From assembly GCA_964035545.1 (NCBI GenBank), contig OZ037771.1, positions 13,329,133 to 13,393,132 of the forward strand: a stretch of DNA of 64,000 bases. Direction: 5' to 3'. Position 1 is the stretch's first letter. The number at the start of each line of letters is the position of its first letter. The translations under genes and the position numbers were made by a program. A model generated the notes under the pieces. It ran no database searches. It was not told the DNA's origin and saw only the letters and a program-made list of their open reading frames with translations. This document shows positions 27,628-39,575 of the stretch, in pieces. This stretch comes from Bugula neritina (lineage: Eukaryota; Animalia; Bryozoa).

Positions 27628-30600
27628 TCACAGATAGGCTGCTTCTTTACATAGCTGTGTTGACTACAAACAGTAAACAAACTAAGCTATATGCACTACA
27701 CTTTTTCGAGGCAGAATTCACTTACACATTTTAAAGTTACTTGACTGGCAACAAGAACTGAATAACCAGAACCTTGTAATAGGATGTGTATTATAGTAAA
27801 ATAGTAACTATATGATTATTAGCAAGGCACATCTATTGTCATGTCTGTGCTTATACGAAAATTCATATACATAACCGCACAATATTGTATTAGGAATAGA
27901 AAGCATGCATACCCTGACCCTCAGGTGCTGCCGTAGGTGCTGCTGGTAAAGACTGAGCTCTACATAACACAGTCTGCCTAAAACAGACAACTGTAGTGTA
28001 TTATGTTTTGATTTTCAGTATCTATTCTGGTTATGATTGGTAGATGGGCAATCTTAATATTTCTAACAGTCTGTGTGAATGTTATTTATTTATTATCAGT
28101 ATACAGTAACACATAAATCAGTAACTTTACTGAGTGGAAAACCTTATGGCGAATAAGTTGCCTAACTAAAATGGCTGGTAAAGCAACTTTAATAGGCTAC
28201 CTGTATAAGCTGTTGCATGAGAAGTAGACCAGGCCTCTGGCGGATTCTTTCAGTACCGTACCATACCTGGCTATTTCAAGCATAGTAATTATAGGAAGTC
28301 TTACAGTCAAACGACCCCAATGCCAGATTGCTTGCACCAATATGCTGCAACGTTGAGACAGAATATGAATGTTTAATTGAACAACAATATGGTTCAATTA
28401 CACGGGACTACATTATACCTATAATACACGAATCCAGTTTGTAATTTGATGTGGTGTAGGGGAAGGTGGGGCTAGTTAAATCACATGCTCTAAATTTTCT
28501 TCTTTAAATAATTATTGAACTATCTTACCTCCTTTACTTTAGAGTCTTCTACGTCAACTACCAAATGTCTTGAAATATATATGAAATCAAAGCAGAAGTT
28601 TTTCAGGTAAGCTAGTATGTTTCGACCACATTTTTTGCTTAAAAATGAGCAAACTAAAAGTTAGTTTGTTTGTAAAAAATTGTATGACTTCTGAAGTTTT
28701 AATAGTTCAGTCAAGTAAGTTCAGGCATACTTTGCCGACGTAATCTCAAAGCTGATCTCAAGTTGCAGAGAATTCTTATTCACAACAGATATTGACAATA
28801 TTTTGTAAAATGACAGTGTGAGGTTGGTTGAACCACTTGGAGGCGGGGCTAGTTGAACCAGGTGCAACTTGCCCCATCAATTATTTTCACTTTATATTCA
28901 TTATAATAGGGGCTTTTCACAAGCCCTCTGGGGACATTTGTATTTTGAAGTTGTCTCCTCCCAGAAGGGCGAAGTGTAGTCTCCATGATTTATAGAACAA
29001 GCACATAAAATCAGTAGAAATTTAAGGTTTGTGGGAAGACTATTGCTAGTACCAGTTTCATTTTTTCTGAGATTAATATTTTGGCATAAGCACACAGGTT
29101 AGCAGTTCCAGAAAATTTTTAAAAATTTTCTTTCTTCAAAAATCTTGAGAAAAATTAACTTCAAAGCATGTTTGTGGTTTTGGTTACTGCATGAGCAAGT
29201 TGAATTGGCAACTATGAGATAAGTCCCATTAATCATTTGTTATGCTGGCTGTCATATTTAATTTATAGCTGTTGACCTTTCAACTCTTTGGTCAGAATGT
29301 GCTGTTAACACAGTGTTAGAGCACTGCTACTCTGCTAGTGCACTGAATGAGACAGCAGATTAGCTGTGTTAGCATTTTCATTACACTTACACACTTATGC
29401 TATGATAATAGCTAGACTATAACCTCAACATCAATCATTTTCACAAAAAGCATTTTCATAAAGCTATAGATATATATTAAATATAGACAGATTAAATTTG
29501 TAGTATCAAAATGATGCCGATAGCATGTGCACTTAATTACTCTTTGAAGAGTTTGTGCTACATTATGTTCAAAGGACCGTAAATGCTTTACATAGTTTCA
29601 TGTTATGGCTAAAACTTCTTCAAAAGAAAAATATTACCAAGAAAAGCAAAGCTCAGTTTATGCAAAAATTTATTAAAAATACTTTATATTTAGGCAGGCA
29701 TCTTTTCATTCAGTATCAATCCATCTTGAAATATTTTGTCTGCTCTAAATCTTCATTGCATATTTTACAACAGGTCTAATAGTTTTATTTAAAAGATTTA
29801 ATTGAAATGTTATACTTGATTTTAACTTACATATCCCCGCGCATGCCTATTTTAAGATAATACCTGTAATATTCTAATTGGTGCTGTCGTGACTTATAGC
29901 CACACTCTAAAATTTTATGTCATTCAAATATGAGTCTCAAATTTAAGAAAGACTTTATATTTTATAACATTTTGTGACCCATGGGATCAGCCAAGCTAGT
30001 TGCATAACTGCAGCTGAGTGTCAAAAACACTAGCTCATGATATTTGAAGCATGAGAAGTTGAGGAGCTATAACATTAAACAGTTTAACTGAAAACCCAAG
30101 CAAAATGTTAATAACCCAATTTTATCAACATGCTTTCACTGCTTCACTTGTAAGAATCTGCTTAATACTTTTCAACCAGAATTTCCTTCTAAAGTAATTG
30201 TCAGAGAATTCAGTTTATGCTGCAATTTGATGAGTTGGGAAATTTGGGCTTTCAGGTGCAGTAGTGATTAGCTTAGTTTACCTATTTTATATTGTATATC
30301 CATTTTATTATATAACTATACTTTAACCTACCATACATTAACTAGGATCTTGAATCTACCGCAGTTGACGGAGATGACTACTACACACAAGGTAGATGCA
30401 GTACTAATGGAGAAATTGAGAAAAGCCTTTTTTCTAGATTAGAAATGTAGCAAAAAAGTTGTGTTATACGCAACACCAACATTCGTAAAGAAAGTTAAAG
30501 AACTTAGGCTATCTCAATTTCTTCACTACTGCATGCTCCTAAATGCTACAAGCCACAGGCATAATTAAGAAATAACAAAGCTGTAACCCAAGGGCCTGAA

Positions 30601-33600
30601 TGCCAACTGCTAAAAGGCTATCTCGGTTTCTGATTAAATTATCTAGATATATATTTATTTGAGCACAATTGTTACAATTGCAATAGATGCATTTAACCTG
30701 TATTAGAAAATTAACCGACATGTATCAAAGCACATTTCATATTCGTTCTATACTACAAATTTAATCTGTCTATTTAATATATATCTATAGCTTTGCGAAA
30801 ATGCTTTTTGTGAACATGATGGATGTTGAGGTTATAGTCTAGCTATTCTCATAGCATAAGTGTAATGAAAATGCTAACACAGCTAATCTGCTGTCTCATT
30901 CAGTGCACTAGCAGAGTAGCAGTGCTCTAACACTGTGTTAACAGCACATTCTGACCAAAGAGTTGAAAGGTCAACAGCTATAAATTAAATATGACAGCCA
31001 GCATAACAAATGATTAATGGGACTTATCTCATAGTTGCCAATTCAGCTTGCTCATGCAGTAACCAAAACCACAAACATGCTTTGAAGTTAATTTTCCTCA
31101 AGATTTTTGAAGAAAGAAAATTTTTAAAAATTTTCTGGAACTGCTAACCTGTGTGCTTATGCCAAAATATTAATCTCAGAAAAAATGAAACTCGTACTAG
31201 CAATAGTCTTCACACAAACCTTAAATTTTTACTGATTTTATGTGCTTGTTCTATATATCATGGAGACTACACTTCGCCCTTCTGGGAGGAGACAACTTCA
31301 AAATACAAATGTCCCCAGAGGGCTTGTGAAAAGCCTCTATTGGGCACACCAAATTTTGCATTAAGTTTATCTTCTTCTTAATTAAAGTTTTTCTGTCATC
31401 AATATATAAATACAACCATACATTTAGTATGAAAACAAAAGAAAATTAGGTCAGCAGTGTAATTCAAATTTTCTGCAAAAGTTATACACGCAAAACAAAC
31501 AGGGAGAAAGATAAGGACGCTTAGCTGCAGCAATGAATATGGTATAGCTTAAGGCAGCAGGATATTGAGATTTGAGATGTTGAGATTTCATGAACATGTA
31601 CAATCAGTAGTTACAACAGTATCAAGAAGAAAGTATATTGTGAAGAATTTTGCGTATCTTAGCTCTAAACCTCTAGCAAATATGTTATTCAAAAGTTTCA
31701 TCATGTCCCGCATCGCCTATTGTCTACCTAATATTTTTACTTGTATCTATGCCAGTGATAAAAAAGCCATTCGAAGGATTTTCAAAGATTGCTCAAAACT
31801 TGGGATTGAGTATCTAAACATTGATTTGCACATTCGGAAACTAACTAAAGAACTTGCCATCAAATATATAGTAGACAATGACCATTTCATCAATAACTTT
31901 CTGAGTCAATGCCCTTCTGGAAGATATCGAACTATCAAATATAGAGGGGCATGGGGCAGAGATAGCTTCTTGCGACATCTTGTAAATACTTTAAACGAGC
32001 TTTTATTTTAAATAGTCTAACAGAGTTTTGACTTTTTCTCTTAATTTTGTTCATGCCTAGTTATGTTATAATCAGTATTTACACTGAATTTTGCAACGGG
32101 TTGTCATGTTTGTGACATGTAATAAATCAATCAATCAGGATAAATCATGTGACATTGTTGAGAGCCCTCAAACAGCCCTTTAAGAAAGTTGGTTATGCTA
32201 TAAACCCTGCATGCCTGTGTATTTTCTGATGTCATAAGAGAAGACCTCACTTCATTTATGTAGCCTGTTCGAGAATTAATTACAGAAAGGCAACTTTTGA
32301 AAGCTTTCCTACCAGTTTGTTACTCCTGCTTAAGTTTTAAAAGTCTTCAGCACCTATCTTTGAGAGTTAAATGGTTACAATAACAAATCACATCAAGAGT
32401 TTCTGCTATTTGTTTATATGCCAATTTATTTTTTTACTATTTTTATTGTTGCTCTGTCATCAATCATTTCCAGCTTGTTATAAGTTAGTTAAAACAATTT
32501 ATATTATAAAATAAATGGTACTAGTTTAAGTTTCCTACAGGGTGGTTCAACTTGCTCCCTACACAGGCCAAAACCTTACAGGCAAAAAATTGGCTTTATC
32601 TTAGTGAGTGAAATGTTTATGTATTTAGTTTTGAAAAAAGACAGTAACATGACTGACTGTCATGGTGCTGCATGGTCTCTATAGACCAGAAATAACTTTC
32701 TTCAAAACATATACTCAAAAACACAACTTTTGGTCCATTTATCTGCAATCAAAAACACTTCCGATTTTGAACAGATATGAGTTTAGATCATCATTTTGGC
32801 AATTATCATGCTATTAGAGCTAAAGAGCATCAAAGAGTACTGAGTGGCGTGTATCCTATACAAGAGTATCCTATAACTAAATTTTCAATTTTTATCCTGT
32901 TCAAATAGAAAAATGTATAACTTGATGAGAAAGCTAATAGGAAATTTTTTTAATCTTTTGAAGAGTCAAGCTGGATAGTTAAATAATTTGTAGTTGCTTT
33001 TTCTGAACTGACCACATCATGGTTGGATTAACCTTAAAATCCCTTTTAGCTATGCATGGGATCAGCTATAATATATAAAGGCTTGCCTTTAAACATGTTT
33101 TCATTAGAATGCTTTATCAATTGAATTGATGTAGAATGATCGCGGAAACCGTCTTGGGGCCATAGAACTTTATGTGAGAAACTTACTAAGGGGTATCACA
33201 AATCAGCCCCCAAGCTAACACTGCAGCCAGCATCACCACAACCTTATGACATTCTTCCTTTAAGGAATATCGTCTGGTAACACATATTAGAAGAATCACC
33301 AGTAGGAATTTCAGCCCATAAGATATATAAACTGTAATAATCTATAAAACAAATATTAGAATTAGCAACAAATTATCAATAGAACCCATTATAGATGTTA
33401 GAATCACAGATTTTTTGAAAGTAAAAGTTATGACAGAGGCTTTATGCATGAGAAGTTGTTTGACTATAAGAAAAAGCAATCACATTTGAAGCTGTATATA
33501 TAAGTAGCAATTTAAATACTATAATGAATTTAAGCTATACAAAAGTTAATGTCTCTGCATGTACCAAAACCATACAGTAATAGCAGTATAATTGGTTAAA

Positions 33601-35260
33601 CTTTATTTTTCATGGTTAATTGCAGAAATACTCAAATTTTAAATAAGCAATCAAATATATTTCCACTGAACTAAAACCCTTACGCACACGAGTTCAACTA
33701 GCATAGCCCTACGCATGCTCAAAAACATATATATATTATATATAATTTCCAAAACTAGAACTATAATGTAGCCTCTATCTAAACACAATAGTTATGTGTG
33801 ACTAGAAGACTCTAAGATCATGAGAACCATTGTATGCTGTTTGTTGGTGGTGGTTCTAGCCTCTAATTTCCTGACTAAAAATTCATACCAAAGTGTTGAA
33901 AGTTTTCGTATGAATATTCTTGAGTTTAAAACATTCTCCTGTAAAATTTTCATACTAAAGGTTTTAAGAATAAAGACCCATACTTTTTAGAGTGGTTTTA
34001 TGTCATCCAACTTCTAAAACTATCTACAGCTTTCAAAAAAGCTATTGCACCCACACGGCTAGTTGGGAACAGGTGGCTAAAGTCATAGCCTGCTTTCTCC
34101 AGTTGGGTTTGAGACTTATGGTGGATATGGAACCTGGTATTTTAAAAAAGGCTTAACAAAGTAAAGCTGAGCATAATTTACTGCATGTACTTATAGTGTT
34201 CCAACACCCATGTCTCCTATTAGATTTATATTTATAAACAGTAAATTAAGTGTGGGAGTAGACACGTGGAGCTTTAAGGTCTTTTTACATGTTTGCCGAA
34301 GGACAAGAAAATTTTTAATTGTTGTGATGCAGAAAATATATAAAATATATATAGGCCTAATATGTTCACTATTCATTTAGGGTACTACTTTGTTTGCAAT
34401 CAGAACTCACATCGTATGCTTTTATGTACACAAAGAAGTCACTTCCATAGAAATCTGGACTGGCGATCACATGTCTATCTTTCCAAGCTATAAGCTCTGT
34501 TAGCAGCCAACTTGGCAAAACCAGTGCCACAGAAACAACTAGAGCTCCTATGATCACAGCTATGGCTTCTGGCAAGGAGATCCTACAGTACCAGTTACCT
34601 AATTAAAATACTCTTTTTCTCACAAAGATATATTTTAGGTACATTTTTGTAAGATATTTAACTTTACCTCTTTATTATAAGTTGTAGCTAAATGATATAG
34701 AAAAGCAACTATAGACCAAGCAAATGTTAATACAGTTCATACAAGTGTGATTAGTATACAATGCAAGAACATCAACTAAAAGCTCACCAAGATTTAGATC
34801 GGATCACTGTGTGTATAAGAGAAAGAACTGCCATTGCTAAGATGACCAACTCAGAAGCTGTTGACAACAAATTGAGACAATTTGGTGCCAAGTTGATGAA
34901 CAAGTAATGGAATTTAGAGTCGTGGAGGAGAGGGTCAGGAGAAATTGGTAGTGGAGATCCCTTTCTGGCATACACAATAAACAAAAATACGCTCCATAAA
35001 ATGACCATGCTAAGGTCAAACACTCCAACTGCTAGAAACAGTCCATAGACATTTTTAGTGCACCCATTTCTTCTTAGCAGCAAAATGAGCACACAAATAT
35101 TAAGTGAATTCAACACTGCTCCAACGACATTGACACCAGCATGTCCAAGATTGAGGTCTTTGTTTAGCTGGCCTGGGGTAAAGGAAGGAGGATGGGTGGG
35201 GTATGCATTGTAGTCCTTAGGGATCGTAAGGTCGTCATCAATGGTATTAGAAAATGCCAT
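27628..35260 (-). CDS. Divergent rhodopsin-class 7TM GPCR (~363 aa; FMRFamide-receptor/chemoreceptor-like), 7 exons
   Basis: Exons 35260-34788, 34582-34411, 33341-33187, 28344-28201, 27977-27913, 27772-27726, 27663-27628 join in phase with GT-AG ends (1092 nt). TM1 GAVLNSLNICVL, TM2 LAVGVFDL, TM4 LVLP, TM6 LICDTPY, TM7/H8 GLVYFSCNSLYRQTV. Last two exons are less certain. Confidence 0.8.
28905..31341. mobile_element. Non-autonomous element with ~600-bp terminal inverted repeats
   Basis: 28905-29506 is the near-identical reverse complement of 30750-31341; the 1.24-kb spacer has no transposase ORF; no clear TSD. Confidence 0.85.
31565..32135 (+). mobile_element. 5'-truncated LINE (CR1/L2-like RT C-terminus) with (TCAA)n tail
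   Basis: ORF 31565-32011 (LFKSFIMSRIAYCL...CPSGRYRTIK...RDSF); AATAAA-TCAATCAATC tail; CAGGATA direct repeat at 31558-31564 and 32136-32142. Confidence 0.75.
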
Positions 35261-36286
35261 GACTCTAGTGGGCTAGTTATTCACCTAAAACAGAACCGAG
35301 TTGATTAGTTGCAGTTCCTTGACTCAGTTGACATGAGTCTGACTTAAGTTACTCGTTGCTCAAACCAAGCATAGAGACTTTGTGTATCACTGCGTCTCCA
35401 AGCTTCCCATTATTCGAAGGGATTTTTCATTCGATGTTTAGAAAGAGTTGCATTGAATAAAACTGCAACCATAAGTTCATGCAAAGGAGCATCCCTCTGC
35501 GTAATGCGAAGAAATGGAGAAGCAGTGAATAAGAGCGCTAGCTCTATATAATTCACTACTTTGGTGTCATGCATTCATGTCAGCAGCACTACTTATGGCA
35601 CCAAATAATCTGCTGCTGTATTAAACCTACAAACAGCAACTTACTCATCAAGATCAGCCGATCTTTTATAAATAAATTTGAACACCTTGCTACAGCAATC
35701 TGGATGTATCAGAAAATGCTATAATAATGGATATATGCACTAGATAAAATTTACAAATTTCCCTAAAGAAAGGTGAATATGCTACACTCACCAATTTCAA
35801 TAGAACTTGAGTAGAGATTCAACTAATCACTGCATATGTAAGTTTGTTTACATACTCTTGAACCAATCTAGGTTTGTACAAGTCAACTCAAATTCTTTAA
35901 TACAAACTCCACCTGGCCGACTTGAAACCACAATGCTAGTATTATTAGCTGTAGCTAAGAAGCATATATCTAAGTAAATATGACCCTAACAGCACTATTG
36001 TTAGGAGACATGCAGTTAAATAAGGCAGGCACTATTGTGTAAGTATGTGCATATGAAATGTTTTTTCTGGCTTGCATTCATTTTAGTAAATCATTAAATA
36101 AATACCACCTGTAGAGAGAGAACAAAAAGTGTTAAATGAAACCTAAATGTATTATATAAAATGTATGGTTTTTGTTGTGATTCATTCTATATGTTACCCA
36201 ATCGTTTTTTGAGCACCTGAGTTTATGTAAGAAGAAACATATGCACTAGAAGTGTGTATGAGATGTGTGAGCAGAAAGTGTTTTAT

Positions 36287-36326
<40 letters not shown>

Positions 36327-36327
<1 letters not shown>

Positions 36328-37370
36328 TTGTTTACTGTGTATGCCAGGAAGAGATCTCCACTACCAATTTCCTCTGACCCTCTCCTCTACAACTCTAACT
36401 TCCATTACTTGCTCATCAACTTAGTACCAGGTTGTCTCAATTTGTTGTCAACATGCAAGCTTCTGATTTGGTCATTTCAACAATGGCAGTTCTTTCTTTT
36501 ATACACACAGTGATCCGATCTAAATCTTGGTGGGCTTTTAGTTGATGTTCTTGCATTGTATACTAATCACACTTGTATGAACTGTATTAACATTTGCTTG
36601 GTCTATAGTTGCCTTTCTATATCATTTAGTTTTAACTAACTAACTAACTAACTTTAAGAGGTAAAGTCAAATATCTTACAAATATGTAACTAGAATATAT
36701 CTTTGCGAGGAAAAGAGTGTTTCAATTAAGGAACTGGTACTGTAGGATCTCCTTACCAGAATTCATAGCTGTGATCATAGGAGCTCTGGTTGTTTCTGTG
36801 GCACTGGTTTTGCCAAGTTGGCTGCTAACAGAGCTTAGAGCTTGGAAAGATAGACATGCGATCGCCTGTCCAGATTCCTATGGAAGTGACTTCTTTGTGT
36901 ACCTAAAAGCATATGATGTGAGTTCTGATTGCAAACAAAGTAGTACCCTAAATGAATAGTGAACATATTAGGCCTATATATATTTTATATATTTTCTGCA
37001 TCACAACAATTAAAAATTTTCTTGTCCTTCGGCAAACATGTAAAAAGACCTTAAAGCTCCACGTGTCTACTCCCACACTTAATTTACTGTTCATAAATGA
37101 AAATCTAATAGGAGACATGGGTGTTGGAACACTATAAGTACATGCAGTAAATTATGCTCAGCTTTACATTGTTAGGCCTTTTTTAAAATACCAGGTTCCA
37201 TAGCTATCCCAAGTTTCAAACCCAACTGGAGAATGCAGGCTATGACTTTAGCACATAACTATTGTATTTACATCGAGGCTACATTATATTTCTAGTTTTT
37301 GAGATTATATATATGTTTCTGGGCATGCATAGTGATATTATGCTAGCGTGTGAGGATTTTAGTTCAGCGG

Positions 37371-37378
<8 letters not shown>
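36327..37378 (+). pseudogene. Inverted partial duplicate of the GPCR gene (3' part of exon 1, intron 1, exon 2, part of intron 2)
   Basis: Reverse complement of ~33655-34985 with a ~280-bp internal deletion; frameshift near 36455; donor GTGAG changed to GTGGG; (TA)n on both sides. Confidence 0.9.
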
Positions 37379-37417
<39 letters not shown>

Positions 37418-37773
37418 CTCATAAGGGGCTCATATAGTGTATATAATCTTAAGGGGCACAAATAGTAAATACAAGCTCATAGGAGCGCATATAATATATG
37501 TCAGATTATATAGAGCACACATAGTATATATAAGCTCATAAGGGACAGATATAATATGTATAATCTCACAATTACAACTTTATTATAGTTTTTAATTGAA
37601 ATGCAGGCCAGAATTCTTTAAAAGTTTTACCTCAATCCCTGTAGCAACTGAAATGATTTTATTATCACTGTAATTATTTGTTTTCAACAGAAAACAAAGA
37701 TTTACATGAGTTTTTGAAAAAACAACTGCCTAATTTGGTATTGCATAATACCATAAAGGCCATGGTACTCTGT

Positions 37774-37820
37774 TCTGTGCTGATGAGGGGACCAATCCCG
37801 AAACAGCTGCTGTCCACAGA
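37774..37820 (+). ncRNA. Canonical type-I hammerhead ribozyme
   Basis: TCTGTG-CTGATGA-G-GGGA-CCAA-TCCC-GAA-ACAG-CTG-CTGT-C-CACAGA: 6-bp stem I, 4-bp stem II, 4-bp stem III, full core, GUC cleavage after 37814; followed by (TA)n. Confidence 0.9.
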
Positions 37821-37825
37821 TTGAG

Positions 37826-37915
<90 letters not shown>

Positions 37916-37941
37916 ATATATATATATTGACCGCATTGAAA

Positions 37942-38758
37942 TGCTGTAAATGCTGACAGACGATTGCTTCTCTTATTTATGGGCAAAACGTGGCTCTACC
38001 AGAATATATATTATTATAGTGTGGTCACCTTTAACCGCCGTGATCCTATGCGGTTGGCGGGACATATTGTTATAGTGTGTAAGGTGCTATTAAATTGCAA
38101 TGCTGAAGATGAACAATTTACTGGCACATATAAAACTTATTATTTAGGCATTATTTTTGTTTCCAACTTCTAAACTATTAGTTAGATCTAAGTTTTGATA
38201 ATGTAATAATATACTATTCAAAATAATAATAACTTCTGCATAATATTCCGACTGTAAAATCAACTCAATTAATAGTGATTCCATTATATTTTTGTTTAGC
38301 ATATGTGATATAGAGGCTTGAGCGCTTGTATAAATTTAATTTCATGAATATCTGACTATATCTGAATTTCTGGCTATAAAAATAAAAATTATCTTCTGAT
38401 TTATTTATAGCATCTGTGTGCTGTGTCTGACCGAGATATATATTATACCATAATGTGATATTGTGAAATTATATAAGTATTATCATGATATAATAACTTA
38501 TGCTCACTTTATATTGCTGGTGCCAGCATTGTATATGCAGTCATAACAATTGTATCTCACTTTATTCAACACATGTATTTTTCCCCTAATAAACCATTAT
38601 AATATAGTGCAATATATCATAATAATATAGTACACTAAAATTCAGTCTTTATAATTACAACTACGTCTACTACACTTATATGTAACATAAACTACTTGGA
38701 AACTCTATCTTGTATATTATTATTAATATTTTACACTATGCAATTATTTAGCTACATT
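37942..38758. repeat. Unclassified ~815-bp dispersed repeat, copy 2
   Basis: Direct copy of 20398-21213. Confidence 0.85.
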
Positions 38759-39575
38759 AAGGCATTTATATAATGAGCAAAAACACATATTCTCAAAAAA
38801 CCTAATTTTCAAGTTTATGTATATGAGTTACAATTTGTACTGTTTTATTTTTTAAGTTTATACTCTGTGCTCTTTTGCAATGTTAACAGGTGACACCTGC
38901 TGCAACCGATGTCAACATTATGACACTTGCTACAAGTGATGTCAACATTATGACACTAGTTGCAAGTGATAAAAAGCCCACTTTGACTGTTTACCACAAG
39001 TCATCAAAGATAAAATATTTTGAGAGGCGCCAGATGTTGAAGCCAATATACAACATTGAATAACTAAATGTGCCTCTGTATTTTCCTTCACAATCTATTC
39101 AATTCAGCATGAGTAGAGTCCAAGGTCTGCCAATATACCTTTTAATACTGAAGGTATGAATGAAATAAAACGTTGTTCTAAATTTGTATGCTTTCTAGTT
39201 TATATGGTGTTCATTTCTAAGTCCTCAAAACTTTAAATAAGAATTTAAATGATAATTTCATGCTTCAACATGAGAACTTTGTGCCATTAGTTACTTGTGT
39301 ATAGCTTCATGCATGCAAGTGTTGCGTTATTCTAATCATAAAACAGCAAGCATATTACTTCAGAGTTTTTATTGCAAATTAGTTTACATTAATTTAGCAC
39401 TGCATAGAAAATTGAGTTTAAAACACAATCATTATGACTGGTTGAATAGTAGGCTAAAAGAAGTAGATTTGGCTTAATTAGGCTAAATAAGCTCTTTTTG
39501 AAAGAAAACTTTTCTGATTTCAAAAGCTCTTGGTGATATTGTGACGAAACAGCTGCTAGCCTTGACATTCTCGGC

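Larger units (their letters stand above)
28454..32564 (+). mobile_element. Degraded pogo/Tigger-like DNA transposon hosting younger insertions
   Basis: Repeated GGGGC(T/A)AGTTGAACCA-type motifs at ~28468, ~28845 and inverted at ~32542; frameshifted HTH-like remnants SYTRKTNR...LAAAMNMV (~31480-31550) and INHVTLLR...KKVGY (~32140-32200). Ends uncertain. Confidence 0.45.

Noticed and set aside
28901-31381. Twin ORFs MCLCQNINLRK... as duplicated genes
   Set aside because: They are the two arms of the inverted repeat, begin at GTG, and show no recognisable domain.
39530-39562. GAAACAGCTGCT similar to the 37.8-kb hammerhead
   Set aside because: No upstream CUGANGA core or stem II; treated as coincidence.
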